From: Dehalococcoidia bacterium
GTDB lineage: Bacteria > Chloroflexota > Dehalococcoidia > Lucifugimonadales > Australimonadaceae
NCBI GenBank assembly: GCA_965220225.1
Contig: OZ244813.1
Location: 1,891,385-1,955,384 of the forward strand
Direction: 5' to 3'
DNA length: 64,000 bases
A model generated the notes under the pieces. That model was not told where the DNA came from. It ran no database searches and saw only the letters and a program-made list of their open reading frames with translations. The first letter of the stretch is position 1; each line of letters starts with the position of its first letter. This document shows, piece by piece, positions 46,164 through 56,841 of the stretch. The position numbers were made by a program, and so were the translations under genes.

Positions 46164-46440
46164 GTGCCTTCCTCTGGACGACTGCGACGGTTTACCTTAC
46201 TCCGCATGAAAACGGTGTGGGAACTCCACCCGCGCCCCCACGGTTCAGCCAAACACGTCACTCCGCAGTCGTCAGGTCGGTTACCGACGACTGTCCCGCC
46301 GCTTTCGGGGGGCAGCCTCAGCCGTTACGGGTTCCGACTGGCCTGCCTGCAAACCGGTCATTTCGATGCCGTCAAGTACGTCCCATCCCCGGAGCTTTGC
46401 GGCACTCTGATCGATGAGGACGGAATACCTCAGGATCTCC

Positions 46441-49400
46441 TCACGGGGCCGGTCTCTCTCTGCGGAACAGTTTCCTCCGCAGCAGGAGGAAGAACTCCCC
46501 AAATCGACGGCCAGCGGTCATGGGCTGAGTATGGCTACGTGGCCGCGCGGAATGCCGTCCTCTCCTGCGTCTCTTGCGGAGTTCCTCGATAGAGCTGGCG
46601 ATATCTGCCGCCGCCATCAACCCTGCAACTATGGCCCTGCCCGGCAGAGTCCGAATGACCTTGAGCGATTCGTTGCTCAGTCTCCTCAGGCGTATGCACA
46701 TCCCATGAAGACCTGTGCTCAGAGAGGCTGCGACGCGCTTCAGGTCCACTCCTGACGGCTTCCGCTTCAGCCGCTGATAGCGGTGTGAGCTAGCGTAGCC
46801 GAGTGCACCCGTGCCCATAAGCAGTCCGCCCACCAGCAACAACCCCAACAAACCGTTGCCGCCGCCAGGTATTGCAACGACTGGCACTGGAGCGGGTGGC
46901 GTGGGTGTAGGCGTGGGTGTAAAGGTGGGGGTCGGAACGACCGGGCTCTGCAGAAATGGTGCTGGAACCGGCACAGGGGTAACGGTCGGGGTTGGCGTGT
47001 GCGTGGGCTCAGCAGGTGGCGCAGGGGTAGGGGTAGGGGTGGGAGTTGGTGTATGCGTGGGCTGCGCCGTCAGAGCATGGGTTGGCACTGGTGTCGGCGT
47101 GGGTGTCGGGGTCTTGGTCGGCGCGGGCGTGGGGGTATTGGTCGACGCGGGTGTGGGGGCCCCCGCAGGTACAGGCGTTGGCATCGCCACATCGTCGTCG
47201 CTCACGCGCACGATGATTGATGGACCAGAGGTGACGCCACCGTAGCCACTCACCTGGTGGGTGAGCAGCGTCCGTTCATGCCGAGCATCACTATCGCTGA
47301 CCGCCCTGACCGTGACGTCCCTAGGGGTCCGCCAGTTCGTGCTGGTGAAGGTCAGAGACGCGGGGGAGACTCGCACCGCGCCCGTGTCAGCAGAAGCGGT
47401 TCGCACCGTTGCCGTCCCTCCCGGATCAGTGTTCAACCGCACCGTGTACGTCCCTGTCCTCCCTTCCTCAAGGCCCATGCTGGGCCGGCTGATGACAACG
47501 CCTGGGTCCTCATCGTCGTTCACCCTGACGGACGCAGACGATGGACTTCCAATACCATAGCCGCCTGCCGCCACGATCTGGATGCGCACCGACCCAGGGG
47601 ATTCGTCTATGCTGTCTCCAACCGTATCCACGATGTAGGTGTAGGCCCCGCCTTCAGCAGGAATCCTCACCGTCTTCGCTCCTAGGTCTGCGGGAGCCAC
47701 GACTTCTCCCGTCTGCTCAATCGACAACCTGACGGACAGCGGGCCCACCCGGAGCGGGTTCGCCCTGATCGTGAACAGGGCGGGAGCACCCTCCATGACG
47801 GAGGATTGTGACGCAGTGATGGTGACGACGGGCGTGGGGATTGAACTTCGCGCCCGAGCAAATGTGAGGTCATCGTCGGTGATGGTCACCGTGATGGATC
47901 TCGTCGTGCCCAAACCGTAGACAGGGCTGTCGGTCAGCATCAGGATGATAGTCTCATCGTCGTCGTCGATGTCGTCGTCAATTACCGCAATGGGGATGAC
48001 CACCGACGTATTCCCCGAGCTCACGGCCACGCTGCCCGTGAGTGCCGTGTAGTCATCATCCTGGGTCGCCGTGCCCTGCACCGTGTAGGCCACCGTGATG
48101 TCCGAGGCTGGTGCGGGTGAGACGTTCACCACAACATCGACACTGCGGCTTCCCCACGCCTCGCCTGCGGTGTAAGCGGCCGTGCCGAATGTCACCGTAG
48201 GTGTATCGTCATCTGTGACGGTCGCAGTCACGGAAGCGATATCGATTTCGTCGTAATCAGCGTCCGACGATGCAGCCGAGTGAGTGATGACCGAACTGCG
48301 GCTGGACGGGTTGTCCACCGCATCGTCGACTCCCGTCACCGTCACTGTCTGCGGCTGGTTCCAGTTCCCTCTCGTGAACGTCAACGTCGCAGTGGCGCCA
48401 GCCGTTCCGCCGCTCCCCTCCACCGTGGCAGCGCCAGGCGTCCCCGACGTCACCGTGATCGTCACGTTATGCGTCGGCTCCGTGTCCAGCACCAGCGTGT
48501 AGCTGTCCGTGTCCCCCGCCTCACCCACCGACGTGGAACCATTCGACTCATCGACTGTCACCCCAGCCCCATCGTCGTCCCTCACCGTCGCGGTCACGGA
48601 CCTGATGCTGATGCCCTGGTAGCCGGAGTCCGACGATGCAGCCGAGTGAGTGATGACCGAACTGCGGCTGGACGGGTTGTCCACCGCATCGTCGACTCCC
48701 GTCACCGTCACTGTCTGCGGCTGGTTCCAGTTCCCTCTCGTGAACGTCAACGTCGCAGTGGCGCCAGCCGTTCCGCCGCTCCCCTCCACCGTGGCAGCGC
48801 CAGGCGTCCCCGACGTCACCGTGATCGTCACGTTATGCGTCGGCTCCGTGTCCAGCACCAGCGTGTAGCTGTCCGTGTCCCCCGCCTCACCCACCGACGT
48901 GGAACCATTCGACTCATCGACTGTCACCCCAGCCCCATCGTCGTCCCTCACCGTCGCGGTCACGGACCTGATGCTGATGCCCTGGTAGCCGGAGTCCGAC
49001 GATGCAGCCGAGTGAGTGATGACCGAACTGCGGCTGGACGGGTTGTCCACCGCATCGTCGACTCCCGTCACCGTCACTGTCTGCGGCTGGTTCCAGTTCC
49101 CTCTCGTGAACGTCAACGTCGCAGTGGCGCCAGCCGTTCCGCCGCTCCCCTCCACCGTGGCAGCGCCAGGCGTCCCCGACGTCACCGTGATCGTCACGTT
49201 ATGCGTCGGCTCCGTGTCCAGCACCAGCGTGTAGCTGTCCGTGTCCCCCGCCTCACCCACCGACGTGGAACCATTCGACTCATCGACTGTCACCCCAGCC
49301 CCATCGTCGTCCCTCACCGTCGCGGTCACGGACCTGATGCTGATGCCCTGGTAGGCGGAGTCCGACGATGCAGCCGAGTGAGTGATGACCGAACTGCGGC

Positions 49401-51444
49401 TGGACGGGTTGTCCACCGCATCGTCGACTCCCGTCACCGTCACTGTCTGCGGCTGGTTCCAGTTCCCTCTCGTGAACGTCAACGTCGCAGTGGCGCCAGC
49501 CGTTCCGCCGCTCCCCTCCACCGTGGCAGCGCCAGGCGTCCCCGACGTCACCGTGATCGTCACGTTATGCGTCGGCTCCGTGTCCAGCACCAGCGTGTAG
49601 CTGTCCGTGTCCCCCGCCTCACCCACCGACGTGGAACCATTCGACTCATCGACTGTCACCCCAGCCCCATCGTCGTCCCTCACCGTCGCGGTCACGGACC
49701 TGATGCTGATGCCCTGGTAGCCGGAGTCCGACGATGCAGCCGAGTGAGTGATGACCGAACTGCGGCTGGACGGGTTGTCCACCGCATCGTCGACTCCCGT
49801 CACCGTCACTGTCTGCGGCTGGTTCCAGTTCCCTCTCGTGAACGTCAACGTCGCAGTGGCGCCAGCCGTTCCGCCGCTCCCCTCCACCGTGGCAGCGCCA
49901 GGCGTCCCCGACGTCACCGTGATCGTCACGTTATGCGTCGGCTCCGTGTCCAGCACCAGCGTGTAGCTGTCCGTGTCCCCCGCCTCACCCACCGACGTGG
50001 AACCATTCGACTCATCGACTGTCACCCCAGCCCCATCATCGTCGGTGAGTGTCAACGTCGCGGATGACACGGCCACACCCGACAGAACACCTGACACGGT
50101 GACTGTCTCGTTGTTCAGGTCGATGCTGTCGTCGACAGGCGCCAGCCTGAAGGAGCCGGTCTCCGAAGTCGCTCCGGCAGGAATGGTAATGCTGAACCCG
50201 GCTACGGTTGCAAAGCCCACGACATTCGCTCCACCGGACCCAGCAACAGAGATTGCCACCTGCTGTGCAGTTCCGAACCGCGTGGCCCCGCCCACGGTGG
50301 CGGTCACCTGCACTGTGGTCGCGCCAGCATCTTCTGCGACGGTTGTCGGTTGAACGCTCAGCGAGACGGCCGAAGGTGCTGCATCGTTATCCATAATGTC
50401 GACCGCTGCGGCCTTGGGGCTCCCCACGAGATACTCAGATCCATCGTTCACCGTCACCGAGAGCGCCCCATCACGCCTGTCGATGTGGTCATCCTCTGTG
50501 GGCACGGAGTAAGTCGCACTGCCAGACGTGGGAACCGAGACTGTCTGGCTGCCCTCGTAACCTTGAGATACGTAGTCGCCTTCGCCTTCCGAAACCGTCA
50601 GACCCACCGTAAGGGCGGATGACGGTGAGGGAGCCGCCGTGACTGTGAACCGCGCTGTGCCGCCCTCAGTCACGGAAGACGAGCCTGCAGTGATGCTGAT
50701 GCGCGGCGAGGGGATGGGCGTTGCAGGCGCTTCGGGTGGGGCTCCCCTGAGTACATCTACGGATGCGTTCAGCCCTTCACCGCTCACTATGACTTTAGCT
50801 ATTTCTCCTAAGTCTCGCCATCTGTATTTTTCGTTGCGGGTGTTACAGAGGTTCGCCAGACCGGGGACGACCCGAGGGTCCTTGTCGTCAGGATCGATGT
50901 AATAGTTCGGGTCAGGTTCACCCTCGTCAGGGCAAGAGATGGAGTTCTTGAATATCACATTCCTGGTAGAGATGCGAAACTCCTGCGATGCATTGCCTGC
51001 CGGAATCGTCCACGTATGCCTCCCCTCCTTGTACGTCGGTGTGCACGGCAGGTCGCTTTCTACTTCAGACGACTTCAGGACCCTACTGTCTCCGCTTTGA
51101 TATTTCACCTTGTCTTTGGCTTCATAGTACGGAGGGAGTACCTCGCAGAGAACGATGTAATGGCTATCGACACTGACAGGGATGTCCAGGTCGGTTGTCT
51201 GCACCGGGGTCACATGGAGCGTGAATACAGCGTCATGGGTTTCATAAGTCTGCGATTCGGCTGTGATGGTGATTACAGGCGAGTCTCCCTGCTGCGCGTT
51301 GGCAATGGAGGGCTGAGGCACGAAGGTAATGATGGCCATTAGCGCAGCAGCCAGCATGGCAACAGCGAACGGCAAGAGATTGTTATGCAGGGGAGAGGCC
51401 ATGCCTCCAGCAGAACGAGGGAATCCTGATCGCTTCTGATTCAT
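46441..51444 (-). CDS. giant (1667 aa) Calx-beta / cadherin-like repeat surface protein with P/T linker and C-terminal TM anchor
   Basis: Signal peptide (..[22 protein letters not shown]). Multiple beta-sandwich repeats with G-T-A-x-x-x-D-Y...F..g.....i.i.v.DD..dE motifs. Five 122-aa near-identical repeats. P/T-rich region, then [20 protein letters not shown] + RYQRLKRK. Confidence 0.9.
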   Translation of the reverse strand: MNQKRSGFPRSAGGMASPLHNNLLPFAVAMLAAALMAIITFVPQPSIANAQQGDSPVITITAESQTYETHDAVFTLHVTPVQTTDLDIPVSVDSHYIVLCEVLPPYYEAKDKVKYQSGDSRVLKSSEVESDLPCTPTYKEGRHTWTIPAGNASQEFRISTRNVIFKNSISCPDEGEPDPNYYIDPDDKDPRVVPGLANLCNTRNEKYRWRDLGEIAKVIVSGEGLNASVDVLRGAPPEAPATPIPSPRISITAGSSSVTEGGTARFTVTAAPSPSSALTVGLTVSEGEGDYVSQGYEGSQTVSVPTSGSATYSVPTEDDHIDRRDGALSVTVNDGSEYLVGSPKAAAVDIMDNDAAPSAVSLSVQPTTVAEDAGATTVQVTATVGGATRFGTAQQVAISVAGSGGANVVGFATVAGFSITIPAGATSETGSFRLAPVDDSIDLNNETVTVSGVLSGVAVSSATLTLTDDDGAGVTVDESNGSTSVGEAGDTDSYTLVLDTEPTHNVTITVTSGTPGAATVEGSGGTAGATATLTFTRGNWNQPQTVTVTGVDDAVDNPSSRSSVITHSAASSDSGYQGISIRSVTATVRDDDGAGVTVDESNGSTSVGEAGDTDSYTLVLDTEPTHNVTITVTSGTPGAATVEGSGGTAGATATLTFTRGNWNQPQTVTVTGVDDAVDNPSSRSSVITHSAASSDSAYQGISIRSVTATVRDDDGAGVTVDESNGSTSVGEAGDTDSYTLVLDTEPTHNVTITVTSGTPGAATVEGSGGTAGATATLTFTRGNWNQPQTVTVTGVDDAVDNPSSRSSVITHSAASSDSGYQGISIRSVTATVRDDDGAGVTVDESNGSTSVGEAGDTDSYTLVLDTEPTHNVTITVTSGTPGAATVEGSGGTAGATATLTFTRGNWNQPQTVTVTGVDDAVDNPSSRSSVITHSAASSDSGYQGISIRSVTATVRDDDGAGVTVDESNGSTSVGEAGDTDSYTLVLDTEPTHNVTITVTSGTPGAATVEGSGGTAGATATLTFTRGNWNQPQTVTVTGVDDAVDNPSSRSSVITHSAASSDADYDEIDIASVTATVTDDDTPTVTFGTAAYTAGEAWGSRSVDVVVNVSPAPASDITVAYTVQGTATQDDDYTALTGSVAVSSGNTSVVIPIAVIDDDIDDDDETIILMLTDSPVYGLGTTRSITVTITDDDLTFARARSSIPTPVVTITASQSSVMEGAPALFTIRANPLRVGPLSVRLSIEQTGEVVAPADLGAKTVRIPAEGGAYTYIVDTVGDSIDESPGSVRIQIVAAGGYGIGSPSSASVRVNDDEDPGVVISRPSMGLEEGRTGTYTVRLNTDPGGTATVRTASADTGAVRVSPASLTFTSTNWRTPRDVTVRAVSDSDARHERTLLTHQVSGYGGVTSGPSIIVRVSDDDVAMPTPVPAGAPTPASTNTPTPAPTKTPTPTPTPVPTHALTAQPTHTPTPTPTPTPAPPAEPTHTPTPTVTPVPVPAPFLQSPVVPTPTFTPTPTPTPPAPVPVVAIPGGGNGLLGLLLVGGLLMGTGALGYASSHRYQRLKRKPSGVDLKRVAASLSTGLHGMCIRLRRLSNESLKVIRTLPGRAIVAGLMAAADIASSIEELRKRRRRGRHSARPRSHTQPMTAGRRFGEFFLLLRRKLFRRERPAP
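48236..50056. repeat. five tandem copies of a 366-bp unit (122 aa), nearly identical at the nucleotide level
   Basis: The track shows five identical 72-aa antisense ORFs starting at 48284, 48650, 49016, 49382 and 49748 (366-nt spacing). In the sense protein the only internal difference I can see is SGYQG versus SAYQG (GTAGCC versus GTAGGC at ~49361), plus a divergent tail in the C-terminal copy. Confidence 0.95.
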
Positions 51445-51640
51445 CCATGGTTCTCCATGAAAGAAATATCGAGGGGCTTTATGGAGACTCCAATCTACGA
51501 AGTGCGAAGTGGAACCAAATACATCTTAACTTGAGGCGCGCTCTCCTGTAACCTACTCCTGTGTACGCGATGGTGTGGTTATGGCGTAATCCATACCCTC
51601 ATCGCTTGGGTAATGTAGCCACGCATCTGCGTGTGCGTTG

Positions 51641-51664
51641 AGAAATTACTGACGCTTCCGTCAG
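51641..51664 (-). terminator. rho-independent terminator after the 51706 gene
   Basis: On the minus strand: CTGACG-GAAG-CGTCAG followed by TAATTTCT, about 40 nt after the stop. Confidence 0.6.
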
Positions 51665-51705
51665 GATTCAGAGAGAGGTGACAGAGAGAATTATCGCATG
51701 TGGAA

Positions 51706-52674
51706 CTACTGTCCGTTGCTTCCTCGGTCGCCTGCATTGCTCCTGAAGGGAGGTAGCCCTTGTCTGTGTCGAATCCCTAGGGTGAGGCCAGCGGCTACCA
51801 CTACACCAACCAGAACCAGGAAGAACAGAACACTTAACCAACCAGGAGGCCCCCCTTCGTCCAGGGTGACTGGCGGAATCACGGGGATGGGCGTCGGCGT
51901 AGCCGTAGGCCTCGCAGTCGGTGTAGCTGTAGGCCTCGCAGTCGGTGTAGCTGTAGGCCTCGCGGTCGGTGTAGCCGTAGCCCTCGCAGTCGGCGTAGCC
52001 GTAGGCCTCGCAGTCGGCGTAGCCGTAGGCCTCGCAGTTGGCGTAGCCGTAGGCCTCGCAGTCGGCGCAGCCGTAGGCTTCGCAGTCGGTGCTGCCGTGG
52101 GCTTCGCAGTGGGTGCTGCCGTGGGCTCCGCAGTGGGTGCTGCCGTGGGCTCCGCAGTGGGTGCTGCCGTGGGCTCCGCAGTGGGTGCTGCCGTGGGCTC
52201 CGCAGTGGGTGCTGCCGTGGGCTCCGCGGTTGCCGCAGGAGACCTGCGAATGTTGACGGTCGAATCGCCGCCAATCGCAACATCCTGCCTGTAGGCATCC
52301 AGTAGTGAACCCGTAAACCGGTAGGTTCCCTCCGATTGAGCGGCCCTAACGGTATAACTGATCGTGCGGTCTCCGCTCAGCAAGGTGAAGATCAGTCGCT
52401 GGCCATCCACCTCCCCCTCCGGGGTACCAGACACGTACTCGAATCCATCCGGCAGATTCTCTCTGACCTGCGCGAACGAAGAAAACGAGGCCGTGACTGT
52501 AACCGTCAATGTGCCCCCAGGCACTACCGTGGCAGGGGATATCTGCCTTGTGGCACTCGGAGTTTGCGCTTGCGCATGCAACGAACTGAGACTCAGTAGT
52601 CCCACCAAAAGAATCACGGCTCCCGACGCCGCCACGAATGCGAGTGACCTGCTGAACAAATGCCTCATCTCCAT
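51706..52674 (-). CDS. secreted surface protein: Ig-like/DUF11-like domain + octapeptide P/T/A repeats + C-terminal TM anchor
   Basis: Start at ATG 52674 ([36 protein letters not shown], signal peptide). ..[28 protein letters not shown].. About 17 repeats of [16 protein letters not shown]. Then [24 protein letters not shown] + RHRQ. Confidence 0.75.
   Translation of the reverse strand: MEMRHLFSRSLAFVAASGAVILLVGLLSLSSLHAQAQTPSATRQISPATVVPGGTLTVTVTASFSSFAQVRENLPDGFEYVSGTPEGEVDGQRLIFTLLSGDRTISYTVRAAQSEGTYRFTGSLLDAYRQDVAIGGDSTVNIRRSPAATAEPTAAPTAEPTAAPTAEPTAAPTAEPTAAPTAEPTAAPTAKPTAAPTAKPTAAPTARPTATPTARPTATPTARPTATPTARATATPTARPTATPTARPTATPTARPTATPTPIPVIPPVTLDEGGPPGWLSVLFFLVLVGVVVAAGLTLGIRHRQGLPPFRSNAGDRGSNGQ
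51888..52232. repeat. 24-bp tandem repeat array (octapeptide P/T/A repeats)
   Basis: GTAGCCGTAGGCCTCGCAGTCGGC-type units repeat head to tail. Two sub-families occur (..GCCTCGCAGTCGG.. and ..GCTCCGCAGTGGG..). Confidence 0.9.
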
Positions 52675-52715
52675 CGGTCTCACCTTGGGGTTCACCTCGT
52701 TCCCGGGCTTGCTGG

Positions 52716-55266
52716 TCAGTTCCCTGCGTCCTGGAAGTGACGTTCCATGAGTTGTATGACTACTGCCCTATCGCTCGGTTGCAGCCCCCCGTTGAAGTAG
52801 GCGTTGATGGCTCGAACAACCTCAGTTCTGTCGATCTTGCCGTTGCGGTTGTCGTCCCACTCATCCAAGAGGGCATCTCCAGCGGACGTGTCGTCTATAT
52901 CGGTGACGGTGACAATCACGGCCCGCACAGCTGGGTCGTTCTGTCCGTCATTCGCAGTCACTGTCACGTGATAGACGTTGTCTCCGGCCGCACTCCCTTG
53001 TGCTTCGTAGTCAGGAGGCGCCTTGAAGGTGAGCACGCCTCCAGAGGAGATGGTGAACTTTCCGGAATCAACCCCGGCAAGGGACCATCGCGCCATTGTT
53101 GCCAGGGGCCCCACTGCCCTGTAGGTCGTGACCGGAGCTGAGCCATTCTCGGCATATCGCAGGCTGTTCGGACCTACCACGGCCAGCCCTCCCCTTCGGA
53201 TCATTGGGGTTTCTTGTAGATCGGTGACCCTGATGGTCACGTTCGCGGTCGCACTCGCTCCGTCCGGGTCCGTCGCCTTCACACGGACCACGTAACTGCT
53301 CTTCGTCTCGTAGTCCAACGTCGTCCCAGCCTTCACCGAGAGCTGCCCACTCGGACGATCAATAGTGAACAAGGCCGCATCACCGCTCAACTCATACGTC
53401 AGTGGCCTTCCCTCGGGATCCGTGGCGGCGACGGCATCACCTAAGGCAGTGACCGACGTGAACTCCTGTTCCGCCTGCTCAATCACCTTGATGCTCTCGT
53501 CTGGGTCCGTGTGCGGGTCGTCGAACCACGGCGGCCTGTTCGAGTCGTCCACAGCACTTGAGGACACTGCAGATGCGCTCTTCCCCGGACCCTGACGGTC
53601 CGTGTACATCGCCGTCGCGCGCAGGTACTTGGCCGCGTCCGCGTGAACCGGGGTGTAGGCAGCAGACGTTGCACCGCCGATGACCATGACGTTGTCACCG
53701 CCGCCGAAGCCAGCGTTATCTGCCCTCTCCCACTTCCAGGTGACCCGTGAGGGCGTTCCGTCCTGATCCCCCGTGAGCGTAGCCGTCAACGCAACGCCGA
53801 CCTTCGGCACCAGCGTCGACAGGCTCACCTCCCCAGGCTCATCCACGTTCGTCACCATCACCGCCACGTTCAGGACGTCGGTCATTCCGGCGCTGTCCCG
53901 CGCCGTCACCGTCACGTTGTACGTGTTGTTCCTGCCCGCATCCGCAGGTGACTCGTAGTCAGGCACCGCCTTGAAGGCAAGCTCCCACGTGCCGTTGGTG
54001 TCGCTGTCAGTCAGCGTGAATGCACCCGCATCAGCTCCAGACAGTTCCACTCTAACGGGTGTGCTGGCGGCGTCATCTTCATCGTCAGTCACCGTGTACG
54101 TGGCAACCGCAGTTGTTATGGCGGTGTTCTCTGCGTATGACACGGATACCTCACCGCTCAACTCAGGCGCCTCCGGCACGTCTGTCACCGCGATGCTCAC
54201 GTCAATGGAGTCGGAATAAGCCCCCGAGTTATCCGAACCGGTGAAATTGCCGTCCGCCACTGTGACGGTGACTTCGTAGGAGGGTTCATCTTCGGTGTTC
54301 AGCACGGTGCCGGCGCCCACCCTGATCTGGCCGTTCGAGTCGATCGTGAACTTGTCAGCGTCCTCCCCCCCCCCCCAGCGTGAACGTCAGCACATCACCC
54401 TCAGGGTTGCTGGCCCTGAGGGGCGTACCTACCGATGTGCCTGCTGGCGAGTTTTCTCGGACCTCTCGATCGATAGAGGCAGCCGTGACTGCATTTCCAT
54501 CGCTATCCACGATCACCGGGGCGGCGTTCGAGGCTCGGCCTGCCAACACCTTCACATCCGACACAACCAACTCTTGTTTTCCAGAGCCTGCGGGGTCGGT
54601 GTAGGTCACCGTCACACGCAGGTAGCGCCCTATGTCCGTCGGATCCGGGATGTACTTGGCCGCCCGGGAACCGTTGGTGTCAGTCGCCTCTATTCCGACG
54701 AACGAACCTGACTGGCTAGAGCCCCGCGCCCACTGCCACCGCTCATCTGAGACATCACCGTCAACGTCGGTGAGCGTAGCTGTCAATGCAACCCCCACAA
54801 CCGGCTGGCGATTCGACAGCGTCAACGTTGCGGGCTCATCCTCGTTCGTGACCTTCACGACGATGGGGTAGCGGCCCTGACCGCCGGCACTGTCTGTGGC
54901 CACCACTTCCAATCTATACGTATTCGCAGCATCGTCCGAGCCGCCACTCTTCGCATCTTCATAGTCGGGAGACTCCTTGAAGGCAAGCACGCCTCTTTGG
55001 GAGATGTCGAAGTATCCAGCATCCTCACCCTGCACCGACCAAGTCAGCGCTCTCCCCGCCTTGTCGTCTTCATCGTCCGTAGCCGTGAACGTAGCCACTG
55101 GGCTGTCCACCGGCGTGTGCTCGGCATACTCGATGGTCTCGGGTGACTGGGCGTAGAGGAACGCGACGGGGAGCAACCAGAAGCCGAGCGCCAGAGATAC
55201 GATCAACGCCAGCACGGGCAGTAAGACGTTCCGTCGAGAGAGGGAGCGATTCAACTCTTGTCGCAT
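52716..55266 (-). pseudogene. cadherin-repeat surface protein with C-terminal EF-hand/dockerin-like motif, split by a frameshift in a G12 tract (possibly phase-variable rather than dead)
   Basis: Track ORFs 54355..55353 and 52716..54320 are two halves. The upstream half has RBS GAGGAAG, ATG 55266 and a signal anchor, and ends ..VLTFTLGGGGGR*. One G fewer gives ..TFTLGGGEDADKFTIDSNGQIRVGAGTVLNTEDEPSYEVTVTVADG.., a canonical cadherin repeat. 2551 nt minus 1 is 850 codons. The C-terminus has DEWDDNRNGKIDRTEVV. Confidence 0.8.
54365..54376. repeat. C12 (G12 on the coding strand) homopolymer inside the cadherin gene
   Basis: TCCT-CCCCCCCCCCCC-AGCG read directly from the sequence. Confidence 0.95.
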
Positions 55267-55530
55267 TGACTTCCTCGGATGTAAGGATGGGTTAATCCGC
55301 ACAGGAGGGCACAGACGGAATCTATGTTGGCTTGCAGAGAGCCGGGGTGTCACCCCGATAAAGGTGTGAGATGGTGTGCATCTCAGTGCCGCCCCCGTGC
55401 CGGAGTTCCGCCGCCTCGGCCTGTATGACCGGCAGCCGGATGATGGTCATGGGACGGCTCGGCTGCGTCACCCGCATGCCCAAGTGGCTGCAACCACGCC
55501 ATGGCCTCGAGGGAATCCCATGCTGTCGTC

Positions 55531-55717
55531 GCAAGGGTTCTCCTACGGAATGGATGAGTGGGCAGTGGAGTGACCATCGGGCCTTAGGAGAACCCTTGTG
55601 GCCGCTGTGTCCCCTCGGCATTGCACATCCCCCACTGCCGGTGCAACGGGCTAGTGAATAGCAGCCGCAGCCTCCGGGGTCAAGTCCTTGCGCCACTCCC
55701 GTTCCTCCTGAAGCCGT
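55531..55717 (-). repeat. copy B of the ~190-nt repeated module
   Basis: The reverse complement of 55598-55668 reads GCGGCTGCTATTCACTAGCCCGTTGCACCGGCAGTGGGGGATGTGCAATGCCGAGGGGACACAGCGGCCAC. Flanks also align, including ..GGAACGGGAGTGGCGCAAGG.CTTGACC.. and ..TAGGAGAAC. Confidence 0.8.
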
Positions 55718-55840
55718 GCCCCGTGCCCGGAACGTGTTACCTTCGGGTGTAGCCGACGCCGTGCTGCACGCGGCGAACATCGCAGTTGGCAGCAGAAGGG
55801 AGGACAGGCGAACCGCCATAGCTGCATCGTATCGGGTCAT
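55651..55840 (-). pseudogene. frameshifted small lipoprotein-like gene whose C-terminus is paralogous to 36206-36463
   Basis: MTRYDAAMAVRLSSLLLPTAMFAAC (lipobox) STASATPEGN.., then a frame change, then ARLQEEREWRKDLTPEAAAAIH* (compare ARLRQEREWRKGLTSDVRAAIH*). 190 nt is 3n+1. The 172-aa track ORF 55322..55840 is a read-through composite. Confidence 0.45.
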
Positions 55841-55859
55841 GGCTACCCTGAGTTAAGCA

Positions 55860-55897
55860 CCACCTGCATTGTGGGGCCGGCAGGAGTATGCAGGTGG
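55860..55897 (-). terminator. 10-bp perfect hairpin downstream of the PNPOx-like gene
   Basis: CCACCTGCAT-18 nt-ATGCAGGTGG, about 65 nt after the stop at 55963. No strong U-tract. Confidence 0.4.
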
Positions 55898-55962
55898 CTG
55901 CGGGGGAAGACGCATTATGTGATACGTCCAAGCTGGGTGTGGGGTTCTAGACAGGGTCGTGC

Positions 55963-56571
55963 TCAATATAGCCGTTGCCGGTTGGCCTCATCCTCTTCGG
56001 CGTCGATCTGCGCCGCGTCCGCTCCTGCTATCTGGTCGGCCAGCACCTGTCCGTAGGTGGGATACGACGACCGATCGATCTGGGCTCCAGGGTCCCAGAT
56101 GTGGCTGCGGATCAGCGCCCGTCCGCAGTGCAGGAAAGCCTCCTCCACCGTCACCTTCAAGCCGGAAGCCGGAGCCCGGCGGCCAATGGCTAACGGTGCC
56201 AACAACTCCGGGTCAGTGACGATCTCTCCTCTGCCCTTCACCCGCAGGGTTTCATTCATTCCGGGCACGAAGAACAGCAGGCCTACGCTGGGATTCGCCA
56301 CGATATTCTGCAACGAGTCCACTTGGTTGTTCCCGGGACGGTCGGGCAGCAGTAGGGTACTTTCGTCCAGCACTAGCACGAACCCGGGCGGGTCTCCCCG
56401 TGGCGAGGCGTCGGGCTGGCCTTGGGCGTTACTGGTGCTCAGGACGCAGAACGGCGACAGCGCTATGAAGTTGCGGCAGTGAACGTCTAGACGGTCCACT
56501 ATCTTCTGTTCCGCCCGGGGCGCAGGGGGGCGATAAACCTCCCTCAGTTCTTCGCGATTGGTAATGGCCAT
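55963..56571 (-). CDS. pyridoxamine 5'-phosphate oxidase-family FMN-binding protein
   Basis: AAGGAG RBS, ATG 56571. ..FIALSPFCVLSTSNAQGQPDASPRGDPPGFVLVLDESTLLLPDRPGNNQVDSLQNIVANPSVGLLFFVPG..ETLRVKGRGEIV.. is the characteristic split-barrel PNPOx-related pattern. Confidence 0.85.
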   Translation of the reverse strand: MAITNREELREVYRPPAPRAEQKIVDRLDVHCRNFIALSPFCVLSTSNAQGQPDASPRGDPPGFVLVLDESTLLLPDRPGNNQVDSLQNIVANPSVGLLFFVPGMNETLRVKGRGEIVTDPELLAPLAIGRRAPASGLKVTVEEAFLHCGRALIRSHIWDPGAQIDRSSYPTYGQVLADQIAGADAAQIDAEEDEANRQRLY

Positions 56572-56741
56572 GACCCACTCCTTTACTTTGCGACACTGTA
56601 GCACACGTCAACAACCCGCCAGCGTCCTTTGGTGCGGGTACGCTACCGGGTGAATCTGCTTCGATGGCTGCTGTGCATAGTTGTGCAAGGGTGATAGCCT
56701 CGTCGTCGGTGCGGTTCGGGGGAAGGGACCGCACTGCTCCT

Positions 56742-56783
56742 GAGAGACGCCCTGCCGGGACAAATCCCGGCAGGGCGTCTCTC
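56742..56783. terminator. 19-bp perfect GC-rich hairpin (bidirectional terminator-like)
   Basis: GAGAGACGCCCTGCCGGGA-CAAA-TCCCGGCAGGGCGTCTCTC. Confidence 0.5.
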
Positions 56784-56832
56784 TATCTCCATGGTGGAAC
56801 CCGATTGGGTGCAGGTTCTGCCGGAGCCTAGC

Positions 56833-56841
56833 GGGGGGGGG
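56833..56841. repeat. G9 homopolymer with the same flanks as the G12 tract at 63830
   Basis: CCTAGC-GGGGGGGGG-TAGGTC versus TTAGC-GGGGGGGGGGGG-TAGTGG. Confidence 0.9.

Noticed and set aside
48280-50067. 595-aa Arg-rich repetitive plus-strand ORF and five identical 72-aa ORFs.
   Set aside because: These are antisense artefacts of the 366-bp tandem repeats. They are useful only as proof of repeat identity.
48236-52232. Possible CRISPR arrays (366-bp and 24-bp periodic repeats).
   Set aside because: There are no unique spacers between repeats. The units are contiguous, in frame and encode protein domains or linkers. No cas genes are in the window.
55322-55840. 172-aa minus-strand ORF as a real protein.
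   Set aside because: It reads through a frameshifted mini-gene, the conserved non-coding element and the next RBS. Only its first ~35 residues (a lipoprotein signal) look genuine.
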